A DNA stretch of 64,000 nucleotides, taken from positions 100,421-164,420 of the forward strand of contig CAXXFK010000018.1 of assembly GCA_963663965.2 (NCBI GenBank). The letters are read 5' to 3'. The position numbers and the translations under genes are program-made. The notes beneath the pieces were generated by a model. The model was not told the origin of the DNA. It saw only the letters and a list, made by a program, of their open reading frames with translations, and searched no databases. This stretch comes from Sedimentisphaerales bacterium (GTDB lineage: Bacteria > Planctomycetota > Phycisphaerae > Sedimentisphaerales > SM23-30). Below, piece by piece: positions 1-9,757 of this stretch. Numbering within the stretch: position 1 is the stretch's first letter; each line of letters starts with the position of its first letter.

Positions 1-890
1 GAGAAGCGTTCGGCGAGTTCGAGGCATTGTTCGATGGTATGGAAATAGCAAAGATGTTCCTGATCGCGGAACAGGCATTCGGTGTTGGGGACATGGCGTG
101 CGAGGGTAAAGGCGCCGCAGGCGAGCAGGTGGGTGAGGCGGTCGGAATGGTATTTGGAGATGGTATTGAAGGCGTTGATGGATAACGCCATTTTCGCGCC
201 CCGGATGGCGTCGAAATATTCTTTTCCGACCAGGCCCGGACGCGACAAACAGCCCCAGACGGTCATATTGTGTTTCTCGACCAATTGGTGAATCAGTTCG
301 GGGCGCATGGTATCCTGGCCGATGAGATGGTGAGATAACTTGCCGACAAAAAGCAGATTGCTTTGCCATTGCGAGTCGACCGGAGCGGGATGTTCGGTAT
401 CCGGGTCACAAGGGTTGGGCAGGAAGGCGATCCGCTTCAGGCCGGCCTGTTGATATTTTATGAGGTCTTCTCCAGCTCCGGATGGGATAAACCAGTCGCA
501 AAGCCGGCCAATCGGCATGACTTGTTCATCGTGGCAATGCAGGGCGTCGCTGTAACGAAACAGGAAAACCGCATGAGGCGCTTCGGCGCGCAGCATTTCA
601 ACCGTCTGATGATCGAGCAACTTGTAAACCATTAAGATGATGATATCGGGCTGATAATGGCGGGTGAGTTGCGCCAGGGCCTGATCCGTGCGTTTACGGG
701 CTAATTTCAAGGCCAGTTTACGGGATTGAAACGGGCTGAATTGCAGCAGCATATTGGGATAGCTGAATTCAAGGACATCATGGCCCAGGCGCTGGAAGCC
801 TTTGCTGAATTTCCGCAGATTACTCCAGAGCGTTCCCGGATGGCCATGGCGAAAATCGCCGATCAACAGAATTTTCATCGATGCAGTCAT
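1..890 (-). CDS. Glycosyltransferase, CgeB/Glyco_trans_1_2-like (3' end runs off the window)
   Basis: Manual translation of the minus strand from ATG 890: MTASMKILLIGDFRHG..GFQRLGHDVLEFSY ... GAKMALSINAF..YHSDRLTHLLACGAFTL..VPNTECLF. It is missing from the ORF track because no stop codon falls inside the window. Confidence 0.75.
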   Translation of the reverse strand, partial: MTASMKILLIGDFRHGHPGTLWSNLRKFSKGFQRLGHDVLEFSYPNMLLQFSPFQSRKLALKLARKRTDQALAQLTRHYQPDIIILMVYKLLDHQTVEMLRAEAPHAVFLFRYSDALHCHDEQVMPIGRLCDWFIPSGAGEDLIKYQQAGLKRIAFLPNPCDPDTEHPAPVDSQWQSNLLFVGKLSHHLIGQDTMRPELIHQLVEKHNMTVWGCLSRPGLVGKEYFDAIRGAKMALSINAFNTISKYHSDRLTHLLACGAFTLARHVPNTECLFRDQEHLCYFHTIEQCLELAERF

Positions 891-895
891 AAACG

Positions 896-1939
896 TTAGA
901 GTCGAGCGAGGCTGTCGTCAAAAAAGCGGGTCAGTGTTTCGCGATAGGTTTTCCGGTTGTTCAGATAGGGTTCGAAGGGGGCCGGGTCTTGATTAAGAAT
1001 ACGTTGAGTATATCGAATCAATGCGGGATAGAGTCCGTTACGAAATCCTTCGATATTCCAGTTTTCACCCTGGTAGGTCTGGACAAAGGCTTCGCCGCGT
1101 AAATCAAATGAGACCGGAATGAACGGTGTGCCCAGTGACAGTGAAATAATCGTGGAATGCAACCGGAAACCGACCACATAACGCGCCTGGTTATATAAGT
1201 CATAATAAGGCTGGGTTTCGAGCGAATGCACGACCGGGCAGGCGGGGGCCAGTCTGGCGGCCAGCGGCAGATCCCGTTCGTGGTGGCAACTCAGAACGAC
1301 TTCAAAGCCCTGCTGCCGGCAATGCCGGATATATTTTTGTACAGACCGTGTCAGGAAAAATGCCGCCAACCGCTTCTTTTTGCCAAACTCAGCGGAGGGT
1401 ACTGAAATAGCGACAGGACCTTCATGGCGGAAACAAAACGGTTGATCGAAAACGAAGGTGGCGGGGCAGCCGGTTAATATCATATTCCGGATGCCAAACG
1501 CTTTGAGATATTCGACCGTCGGCCGGTCACGAACCGATGAGCCGATGGCTATCTGATTCAGCGCGATCATTTCCGCGCGGCTTTGATCGGAGCAGGTACG
1601 AATGGTATTGAAACTGGATCCGCAACCGATCCCAACCAGCAACACCGGTTTTTTAATCTGTTTGATACTATCCAGATCGGTCACGACGCCCCATTGACCA
1701 TTTTTGCGGCACTGGTAAAGATTGGAGCCGCCAATGACGATGAGATCCGCCTGGCGGTTTGAACGTTCCAGATTGGGGCCCCGCAAGCCGTAATATTCGG
1801 CCGGGATATGGGGCCGGTTTACCGGAATCAATTCAATGGTCGCATCGGGGAAATGGCGGCGCAGCTGTTTGTGGATTCCGTTGATAACGAAATCGTCGCC
1901 GATATTCTTTCTGCGGGGACAATAATGGTGAATGATCAT
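896..1939 (-). CDS. Polysaccharide pyruvyl transferase family protein
   Basis: NIGDD, IVIGGSNL, SVRD, GCPA and GFRLHSTI..SLGTP motifs. Confidence 0.85.
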   Translation of the reverse strand: MIIHHYCPRRKNIGDDFVINGIHKQLRRHFPDATIELIPVNRPHIPAEYYGLRGPNLERSNRQADLIVIGGSNLYQCRKNGQWGVVTDLDSIKQIKKPVLLVGIGCGSSFNTIRTCSDQSRAEMIALNQIAIGSSVRDRPTVEYLKAFGIRNMILTGCPATFVFDQPFCFRHEGPVAISVPSAEFGKKKRLAAFFLTRSVQKYIRHCRQQGFEVVLSCHHERDLPLAARLAPACPVVHSLETQPYYDLYNQARYVVGFRLHSTIISLSLGTPFIPVSFDLRGEAFVQTYQGENWNIEGFRNGLYPALIRYTQRILNQDPAPFEPYLNNRKTYRETLTRFFDDSLARL

Positions 1940-2162
1940 GAAGGTATCGAGATTTAAATTTTTATAGCTAGCCGGTTCGGGTTAAAAGACGCAATCCTGA
2001 GGATTCCGGGTAACATTATGCATAAATAGCCCGGACTGTCAAGACTGATGGCTGTTGGCACACGGGCAGTATCCTAGTCAGGATCGCTTCGATTTAGTAT
2101 TTTCAATTAGTTAGCGATGGTGTATAGTATTCTACGGGCCGAAACGGCCTTTATGGACAGTT

Positions 2163-3296
2163 ATGCGAATCTGTTTATTGACATCGACTTTTTTGCCCAA
2201 ACTGGGCGGCGCGGAGTTATGCGTCGATTACCTGGCGCGTGAATTTCATTCGGCGGGTCATGACGTCGTGGTGGTGGCCCCGGTTTCGGATTCGCCGAAT
2301 TCAGTCATTGACCGGCCTTATCCCATTTATCGCTATCAGAAACCGTTCAGTCAATATGGCTGGTATGGGGCGGCAAAGCGGTTGTTAATACGTTTACAGC
2401 GGGAAAAGCCGTTCGATCTTGTCAATGCTCATATGACCTATCCGGCCGGTTATCTTGGTCGATGGATGGCGGTCCGGTTTGGCATCCCGCTGGTGATAAC
2501 TCCACATGGCGGCGGTTTGTTTTACCGATCACGTTTCCGCCGGCGCCGGTGGATCTGGTCGCGCATTATTAACGCTCTGGAACAGGCTGATGGTGTGATC
2601 GCGCTCAGCGGCTATTTTGAGACCTTGCTCCGGGAAGCGGCTCCCGGCCAGCGGCAGATCGTGCGGATTGGTAATGGCGTTGACAATAGCGAATACGCAG
2701 CGATCGAATCGGCATTTACCGGACCGCTGGCATTTCTGAATGGATGTCACTATGTGATGGGAATCGGGCGCCTGGTGGGACGCAAAGGGTTCGACACCGC
2801 GATAAAAGGATTTGCGCGGGTCGCCGCTGACTATCCTGAGTTGCATCTGGTATTGGCGGGTGATGGCCCAAAGCGGGACGAGTTAGAGGCGCTTGCCCGG
2901 CAAAGCGGCGGAGGTGAACGGATCCATTTTGTCGGCGCTCAGACCGGGCGGATTAAAGTGGCGTTACTGCAACGGGCCCAGTTGGTTATTATCCCGTCAG
3001 TGGAAGAAGATAACATGCCGCTGGTGGTGCTGGAAGCGATGGCCGCGGGCCGGCCGGTGCTGGCCAGCCGGTTGGGTGGGATTCCTGATGTTGTGGTAGA
3101 TGGTGAAAACGGCAGGTTATTTGAACCGGGCAATGATCAGGAACTGGCCACAGGCTTAGGAGAGATGATGCAGCAGGGTAAGAAATTGGAGCGGATGGCT
3201 CATCTTGCCCGACAAACAGCCGATAACCTGGATTGGTCTGTCATATCGAAACAATATTTACAGATGTTCCAGCAAATTACCCAGCAGAACACCTGA
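2163..3296 (+). CDS. Glycosyltransferase family 4
   Basis: GGAE near the N-terminus, GRLVGRKG, EDNMPLVVLEAMAAGRPV. Confidence 0.9.
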   Translation: MRICLLTSTFLPKLGGAELCVDYLAREFHSAGHDVVVVAPVSDSPNSVIDRPYPIYRYQKPFSQYGWYGAAKRLLIRLQREKPFDLVNAHMTYPAGYLGRWMAVRFGIPLVITPHGGGLFYRSRFRRRRWIWSRIINALEQADGVIALSGYFETLLREAAPGQRQIVRIGNGVDNSEYAAIESAFTGPLAFLNGCHYVMGIGRLVGRKGFDTAIKGFARVAADYPELHLVLAGDGPKRDELEALARQSGGGERIHFVGAQTGRIKVALLQRAQLVIIPSVEEDNMPLVVLEAMAAGRPVLASRLGGIPDVVVDGENGRLFEPGNDQELATGLGEMMQQGKKLERMAHLARQTADNLDWSVISKQYLQMFQQITQQNT

Positions 3297-3314
3297 TTGT
3301 TACAATCAGGTTTG

Positions 3315-4538
3315 TCAGGACAATTCTGGACCCAGACCCTGAATTGTAAATGATGCCATTTGATACTGTTCCAGGACTGTCATGACATCATCCCGGCTGA
3401 CTTTTTCGAGTAAGAGGAGTTCTTCTGCCAGGGGAATGTTTTCGTGTCGATAGGTCCAGTCGAAACCCAGGGGCACCAGGCGGCCCATGGGCAGTTCACC
3501 GTGAAGCGTAAGCGCTGATGCGATTTTATTTTTATTAGCGATCAGTTCATTGTCCCGGATCCCGTCCTGCATGAGTTTGGTATAGACGGATCGAACGGTA
3601 TCCAGAACTTTTTCGGTGTTTTGCGGGTCGCAGGAGATATAGGTAAAAAACGCGCCGGTTCCATCCATGGCGTCGTAATCCATATCGGCGCTATCGGCCA
3701 TTGCATTATCGACCAGGGCCCAATATAAGCGGGAATTGGCGGTATCGCCAATAATGTTGGATAGGATCAGGGCGGCGCGTCTTAAATCATCCTGGGAGGA
3801 AGGACCGGCATTGATCAGGCATAAATGCTGGCGGACGATATTGGCACGCGATTCCATCCGGATCTGCCCGGTACCAGAAAAATGGCTGAGTGAACGCTGG
3901 GGGTTGGTGGGTTCCCAATGGCCGCAAAATCGATGGGCCTGTTCCACCAGACGATCCCAATCGATTTTGCCGCAGGCAGCCAGCACCATATTATCCGGCG
4001 CGTACCGGCGATGGAAATAATCCCGCATCTGATCGGCGGTGAGGGCTGTAATGCTTTCATCGGTACCGAGTACGGAATTGCCACAGCTATGGTTGCCGAA
4101 ATGCAGTTGCCGGCAGCGGTCCATGACATCGAAATGCGGCATATCCTTGTACATGGCAATTTCTTCCAGGATCACGTTCTTTTCCATGTTGAAATCATCA
4201 TCGCGCAAGGCGGGTCTCAATAGGTCGGCCCATAATTCGATGATTTGATTCTGATATTCCGGCAGAATGGCCGCGTAAAAAACGGTATTTTCTTCAGAGG
4301 TAAACGCGTTATATTTGGCGCCCATCCGGTCGAACTCCAGATTCACTTCGAGCGCGGATCGTTTATGAGTCCCTTTAAACATCATATGTTCCAGAAAATG
4401 GCTGACTCCGGCCACTTCGGGCCATTCATCGCGTGATCCGGTTCGGGTAAAAAAACCCAGCGCCATGGACCGGGCGGAAGGCATTTCTTCGGCTATTATG
4501 GTTAAACCATTATTTAGAATGGTTTTATGGAATTTCAT
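3315..4538 (-). CDS. M16 family (pitrilysin/insulinase) Zn peptidase
   Basis: GSRDE..GVSHFLEHMMFKGT (HXXEH), NAFTS, EKNVILEEI. Confidence 0.92.
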   Translation of the reverse strand: MKFHKTILNNGLTIIAEEMPSARSMALGFFTRTGSRDEWPEVAGVSHFLEHMMFKGTHKRSALEVNLEFDRMGAKYNAFTSEENTVFYAAILPEYQNQIIELWADLLRPALRDDDFNMEKNVILEEIAMYKDMPHFDVMDRCRQLHFGNHSCGNSVLGTDESITALTADQMRDYFHRRYAPDNMVLAACGKIDWDRLVEQAHRFCGHWEPTNPQRSLSHFSGTGQIRMESRANIVRQHLCLINAGPSSQDDLRRAALILSNIIGDTANSRLYWALVDNAMADSADMDYDAMDGTGAFFTYISCDPQNTEKVLDTVRSVYTKLMQDGIRDNELIANKNKIASALTLHGELPMGRLVPLGFDWTYRHENIPLAEELLLLEKVSRDDVMTVLEQYQMASFTIQGLGPELS

Positions 4539-4671
4539 ATTGGTTCCTTAGTTAGGGACATTTGATATAACAGGGTATTATTTCAGGCATTATAGTGATA
4601 CGTACCTGATGCATCAATGAAATGATTGGTACTTTTCAAAGAGGTTAAATGTCATAGCTGATTCAGTTGAT

Positions 4672-4707
4672 AAAAAAACACCGGTCATTGATCAATTTAC
4701 CGGTGTT
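4672..4707 (-). terminator. Rho-independent terminator of the 4733..5506 gene
   Basis: aacaccggt...accggtgtt stem next to an A7 run (U-tract on the minus strand). Confidence 0.6.
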
Positions 4708-4732
4708 CGTGATGTTAGTTGTATTTTGAGAA

Positions 4733-5506
4733 TTAAGGGACAACAATATCCGTTCTTGGTTCAAAACCTTTATGCCATGACAGGGTCCACAAATCAGCTA
4801 ATTTGACTGCCTCCGCATGGCCATCCAGGAATGAAACGGTAATGGCTTTATTATGACGGTTCAGCCAGAACCGGCCCATATTGGTGTTCATACCACCCTG
4901 ATAATATCCTGTTTCCAGGTAAGATTCGGTTTTAGTAAATGTTGGATTGTCAGTGTCCAACGGCCAGCCATCCACCCAAACGCAATCGGCAAACACGGGC
5001 ACCTCTGCACCATGCTTGACACTTTCAGCGTTGTTACCGAAATCTCTGGTTTGATAAGATGCGGCATATGGATCATCCGGGCCATACAGCCAGCCGTTAA
5101 TACCGTAACTACCATGACTACGAACGCCGCCGCTTGGATTCCAATCCCATGGACGTTTTACCGTTCCAATGTAATCATTTTGGGGATTATTGGGCAAATC
5201 GATGTTTTCATAAGGTGCTTTGGTACAGAATCGGTTTGCAGATACCTTATCAATAGACTGGGCTATCGAATTCATCCATAAGTTTTTGGTGTTATAGCTG
5301 TCCTGATAGGGCAGAAGCTTGCCATCATAGTTGGCAAAATAAAGTTCCAGCGCCTGTCTTAATGTGCGGTTATTATTTAAGCAGACTTGAGTTTTTGCCT
5401 GTTCCCTGGCTTTACCCAGCGCCGGCATTAAGATTGCCACCAGCAAGGCGATGATCGATATGACCACGAGTAACTCAATTAACGTAAAGGCTTTTTTGTT
5501 TTTCAT
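4733..5506 (-). CDS. Prepilin-type N-terminal cleavage/methylation protein with H-X9-DG motif (DUF1559-like)
   Basis: [27 protein letters not shown]-terminal [16 protein letters not shown]. Confidence 0.88.
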   Translation of the reverse strand: MKNKKAFTLIELLVVISIIALLVAILMPALGKAREQAKTQVCLNNNRTLRQALELYFANYDGKLLPYQDSYNTKNLWMNSIAQSIDKVSANRFCTKAPYENIDLPNNPQNDYIGTVKRPWDWNPSGGVRSHGSYGINGWLYGPDDPYAASYQTRDFGNNAESVKHGAEVPVFADCVWVDGWPLDTDNPTFTKTESYLETGYYQGGMNTNMGRFWLNRHNKAITVSFLDGHAEAVKLADLWTLSWHKGFEPRTDIVVP

Positions 5507-5794
5507 TGGATTTGTCCATAAAATAACATAAGAATTATTTATTTAACCGAATTCTTCAGATCAGTTGTTATATGAAATTTATTTTGGCCAGGATTACAAA
5601 TTATGTGACATAATAAATTGATCAACTCTCTCTATTTTTTTCGATGATTTCCTGGGATTTTAAAGTTTTTGGTTGCTTAATTGTATAATATTTCTATTTT
5701 GTTGCTTTTTGGGCTAATATTATCGCGTTCAGGCGTATGTTTTATTATTTAAAAAATATTGAAACTTACTCAGATTGAAATAGGTAATTTGATG

Positions 5795-6622
5795 CTATTT
5801 GAGCAGGCTGGCGAAATTGGGGTAGCTGGTCAGGATGTCGTTGGCAGGGCGTACCTTATAGCCTCGATGCCAGGGTAAAGTCCATAATTCCGCCAGATCG
5901 ATCCGTTCGACATGGGCATCCACAAATCCAACATTGATTTTTTTGTTATGCCGGTCGATACAGATTCTGCGCATGCCATTATCGAAATTGATGTAGCCAT
6001 CATCGTCAGTGATTGAAACCGGAGGGGCATTATTGGAAAGCGGCCAGCTATCAACCCAGATGCCGTCCATGAAAATGGGGGTGTTGGAGCGGACCTTGGA
6101 AAATTTCTTTCCATAATAATAATTATCATAGGGGTCGCCTTTGGGGCCGTAATAACCTGGTTGTTCCACCCAGGCGTTGATGGTATAGGAGCCGGTTGAA
6201 CTGCTCAAGGCGCCCAATCCGGAACTGAAATTGGCTTTCCAGGGGCGATTAAAAGAGCCGTAATAGGTAGTGGCTTCCTTGATCACTTTGGGGCAATGAA
6301 GGATTTCCATGACCCCTTCACGGTATCTTTCCGGGTCGCTTTTATAGCCTTTTACGCCCATGTATTCAGCCAGTTCGTCATACCAGTAGTATGAAACGGC
6401 GCCGCCTGGATTGTTGCCACCGACTACCAGAACCGCATCGTCGTTGGCGTCGGCATAATAGATCATGCCGAAGACCATTTGCCGGATTCGATTGGAACAA
6501 ACCGAAGCCCGACTCTGGTCACGCGCTTTGCCCAGCGCCGGCATCAGTATGGCTACCAATAAGGCGATAATGGAAATAACGACCAATAATTCAATCAAAG
6601 TAAAGGCTTTTTTATGGTTCAT
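5795..6622 (-). CDS. Prepilin-type N-terminal cleavage/methylation protein (H-X9-DA variant)
   Basis: Same prepilin N-terminus; RHNKKINVGFVDAHVE; tandem paralogue of 4733..5506. Confidence 0.88.
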   Translation of the reverse strand: MNHKKAFTLIELLVVISIIALLVAILMPALGKARDQSRASVCSNRIRQMVFGMIYYADANDDAVLVVGGNNPGGAVSYYWYDELAEYMGVKGYKSDPERYREGVMEILHCPKVIKEATTYYGSFNRPWKANFSSGLGALSSSTGSYTINAWVEQPGYYGPKGDPYDNYYYGKKFSKVRSNTPIFMDGIWVDSWPLSNNAPPVSITDDDGYINFDNGMRRICIDRHNKKINVGFVDAHVERIDLAELWTLPWHRGYKVRPANDILTSYPNFASLLK

Positions 6623-7186
6623 GCTGAGAAGTCCTGATATTTAATTTAAAAGTTTCGTTATCAATATCCACACCCGGGCTGGAAACTGGTACAAATTCGA
6701 AATTTCACAATATATTATTGAGATGTAAAAGCGAACAAAAAAGCAGTCAGGTATATTAATTCTCCCCATGCTACTACTGCGAAAATCAAAGACACTTGAT
6801 CAGAGCGTTGGCGAATGATACAAGAAAACGGATCATAAAATCTTATCGGTTATTTCCAGAAAACGTGAACTTGATCCTTTAATTATAGCCTACCGGAAAA
6901 ATTTTTGGAATTGATGAGGGTAAGCTAATAATGGATAATAGTAATTTGTCTCCTTTTACGCATGAGCATGATATTTCTTGGGGAATTTCTTCATGGTCTG
7001 CCAAAGAGATGTAAGGGAAGGCAAGGGGTTTGTATTTTGTAAGTCTATTTAAAATAGTTAATTACAGTTTATTTTGGGCACATTCTTCATTTTGGATAAT
7101 GTTCTTGCCTTAATTTAAGCTAATTTGGCATCAAATATCGGTCGATCTGAAGATTGTAAATTACAGCTTCAGGAGATGGATTTCAT

Positions 7187-7594
7187 ATGTCATATTTAGA
7201 ATGGACTGACACGCTTTCTGTGGGTGTGACCAAAATCGATCAGGAACATCAGCAGTTAGTTAAAATTGTCAATACGCTTTATGAAGCGGTAATGGCCCGT
7301 AAAAGTCAGGAAATACTCAAGCCGATCCTTTTTGAAATGGCCAAATATGCAGCCAGCCATTTCTGTACTGAAGAAACCTATATGGATCATTACGGGTATC
7401 CGGCGATGGATGCTCATGTTCAGGAGCATCAGAATTTTGTAAATAAAATTGAGCAGTTTGTTCAGCAATTTGAAGCTGGTAAGCTATTTCTTACTACCGA
7501 AATAATGGATTTTCTAAAGAACTGGCTTATCAATCATATTCAGGGAACAGACAAAAAATACACAGCATTTTTTCATCAAAATGGTTTGCACTAG
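7187..7594 (+). CDS. Bacteriohemerythrin (single domain)
   Basis: W...LSVG..IDQEH, HFCTEE..M, H..EH, WLINHIQGTD. Confidence 0.92.
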   Translation: MSYLEWTDTLSVGVTKIDQEHQQLVKIVNTLYEAVMARKSQEILKPILFEMAKYAASHFCTEETYMDHYGYPAMDAHVQEHQNFVNKIEQFVQQFEAGKLFLTTEIMDFLKNWLINHIQGTDKKYTAFFHQNGLH

Positions 7595-7633
7595 TATAAA
7601 AAATTCACCTAACCCTTGAGAAAGGAGCAAATT

Positions 7634-8047
7634 ATGGCATTTTTTCAATGGACACCTGAGTTATCTGTCGGCATTCAGGATATCGATCTACAGCATAAGA
7701 AACTGGTTGATCTGATCAACCGGCTTTATGATGCGATTAAAAGCCGTCAAGCCGGCCAGATCCTCGAAACGATTCTGGCGGATCTGGTTGATTATACGGT
7801 CACCCACTTTACTTATGAAGAAATGTTTCTGGATAAAAATGGTTATCCAGAATTGGCGGCCCACAAACCCAAGCACAACAATTTTGTCGCAAAGATAAAA
7901 CAGTATATGGAAGATCATAAATCCGGTAAACTGTTTCTCTCGACTGAAATTATGGATTTTCTGAAAGACTGGCTGACCTCTCATATCATGGGGACAGACA
8001 AGGAATATGCCAAGTACTTTAGTGAGAAGGGTTTGGTTGCAGTATAG
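7634..8047 (+). CDS. Bacteriohemerythrin (single domain), tandem paralogue
   Basis: IDLQH, HFTYEE, HKPKH, WLTSHIMGTD; AAGGAG RBS before ATG 7634. Confidence 0.92.
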   Translation: MAFFQWTPELSVGIQDIDLQHKKLVDLINRLYDAIKSRQAGQILETILADLVDYTVTHFTYEEMFLDKNGYPELAAHKPKHNNFVAKIKQYMEDHKSGKLFLSTEIMDFLKDWLTSHIMGTDKEYAKYFSEKGLVAV

Positions 8048-8239
8048 TATCGCGGCTTCGATCCATTCGGTTGTAAAATCAAAGGGAATCCATAGTGATT
8101 CCCTTTTTTAATATTTTTTAAAATTATTGCTGGTATCGGTTGATATCCTGCGTATAAAATTTGTGAGAAACCTTCCTTCAATTTATGTTTACATAACATA
8201 ACTCACTATTTGACAAACCTTTTGATAAGGAGCAGTTTT

Positions 8240-9199
8240 ATGAAAACCCGTATTAGCATTGCGTTAATTATCGTGGTATGCCTGGCAATGACCGGTACTG
8301 AAATATATGGTCAAGGTTGGGGTGGGCCTCAAGGTGGATGGAATCAGCAGCAGGACCAGCAGAATCAGCAGGGTAGCTGGGGTCAGCAGCGGGGCCAGGG
8401 CGGTGGTTGGGGTAACCAGGGTCAGGGCCAGGGTGGCGGTTGGGGTGGGCCTGGCCAGGGACAACAAGGCGGCTGGGGCGGCCCCGGTCAGGGCAATATG
8501 CAACAGCGTGGCGGTTTTGGCCAGCAGGGTGGCGATCGCATGCAGCAGATGCAGGACCGCATGCAGCAGATGAGTGAGGAATTGATGAATTTTCTGAATA
8601 AATATGCTCCCAATGCCGCTCGCGAAGTCAATGCCCTGCGTAATCAGGATAACAACCAGTATATGCAGAAGATGATGGAATACCGCCGCAGTTATGGCCA
8701 GGTATTGTCTTATTCCGATACCAATCCGGAACTCTGTAAGGCTTGTGTCGCCCGAGTTGCCTTGCAGGATCAAGTGGATGCCACGGTGGATTCTCTGAGC
8801 GCCAACGCGAATAACGCGACCGCTTTGCAGCAGTCGCAACGTACCCTGTACAATCAATTGGGTACCCTTTTTGATGCCATCGTCAAGGAGCAGCAGGGAT
8901 TGTTGTTTGAAATGAAAAAAGAGCTGACCGCCAATAATGGCAATAACAACAATCAAATGGCACAACAGGATCAGCAACAACAGCAAGGCCGTGGTAATCG
9001 TGGCAACAATATGATGGGTAATTTTGGTCAACGTGGCGGCTTTGGCGGTTTTGGCCGTGGACCGGTTACTCAGGAACGTTTGCAACAGCGTGAAGCGGAT
9101 ATCAAGAGTTGGGCAACCAATAAAGAAAAACTGGTTAAGCTTCGCTTTGATGAATTGACCATCAATGTGTCCAGATTCCCATGGGATTCCGGCTTCTAA
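8240..9199 (+). CDS. Secreted hypothetical protein with G/Q/N-rich low-complexity regions and a helical core
   Basis: AAGGAG RBS, signal-peptide-like MKTRISIALIIVVCLAM, GGWG repeats, followed by a terminator. Confidence 0.75.
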   Translation: MKTRISIALIIVVCLAMTGTEIYGQGWGGPQGGWNQQQDQQNQQGSWGQQRGQGGGWGNQGQGQGGGWGGPGQGQQGGWGGPGQGNMQQRGGFGQQGGDRMQQMQDRMQQMSEELMNFLNKYAPNAAREVNALRNQDNNQYMQKMMEYRRSYGQVLSYSDTNPELCKACVARVALQDQVDATVDSLSANANNATALQQSQRTLYNQLGTLFDAIVKEQQGLLFEMKKELTANNGNNNNQMAQQDQQQQQGRGNRGNNMMGNFGQRGGFGGFGRGPVTQERLQQREADIKSWATNKEKLVKLRFDELTINVSRFPWDSGF

Positions 9200-9233
9200 A
9201 AATAATTTGGGCCATATCGTTTTAACCATCCGG

Positions 9234-9265
9234 AAAGCCCGGTCAGTAAAGACCGGGTTTTTTTT
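9234..9265 (+). terminator. Rho-independent terminator
   Basis: gcccggtc-agtaaa-gaccgggt followed by a T run. Confidence 0.85.
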
Positions 9266-9273
9266 AGTTATTC

Positions 9274-9479
9274 TCAGAGCCCCTACCTGAATGAGTTTTC
9301 TACTAAGACCGGCTGCACAAGTCGTCCGCAGTGTTCTCGGGACCCAACATCCTCGACAATCCATAGAAGGGTGGCCTGCGGGTGTTTGATCCCTGCGGTT
9401 TGCTTGAGGCGGATCTTCGACCTTGCTGACCACTTTTTCGCCCGGTCTCGCCACAAAAACATTTTGTCAGGCACTCTGA
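9274..9479. mobile_element. MITE-like element family A, copy 1 (left TIR degenerate)
   Basis: Colinear similarity to 18676..18856 (gaccggctgca, gggacccaa.atcctcgacaa, cattttgtcaggc.ctctga). Confidence 0.7.
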
Positions 9480-9497
9480 AAAGCCCGGAAAGACCAA

Positions 9498-9680
9498 GGG
9501 GAACCGCTAAAAATTCATTCTGGGCTGCAAGCAGGCACTCCGCGTGCAGCGAAATAGTGTTTCCCTCAGGGCAGTGTCACAAAAAACCATAAATAGAGTC
9601 ACATGTGCTCGGATCATGGATTCTTTACAGAGAAAAACCATCTTTGCTTTTGCCGCTAAAGCCATTTTTAGAGGTACCCT
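9498..9680. mobile_element. MITE-like element family B, copy 1
   Basis: Imperfect 17-bp TIR ggggaaccgctaaaaat / atttttagaggtaccct (14/17); internal similarity to 11414..11610. Confidence 0.6.
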
Positions 9681-9717
9681 AAAAAAAAGCCCATGGTTGA
9701 TTTAACCACGGGCTTTG
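9681..9717 (-). terminator. Rho-independent terminator of the histone gene
   Basis: A8 run plus gcccatggtt...aaccacgggc stem. Confidence 0.75.
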
Positions 9718-9757
9718 CGGACAATGATATTTTCCTTTCGCGAAAAAATACCAGTCC

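Noticed and set aside
8264..9454. 396-aa minus-strand ORF
   Set aside because: Antisense shadow of the Q/G-rich gene that runs across a terminator into a MITE; no recognisable motifs.
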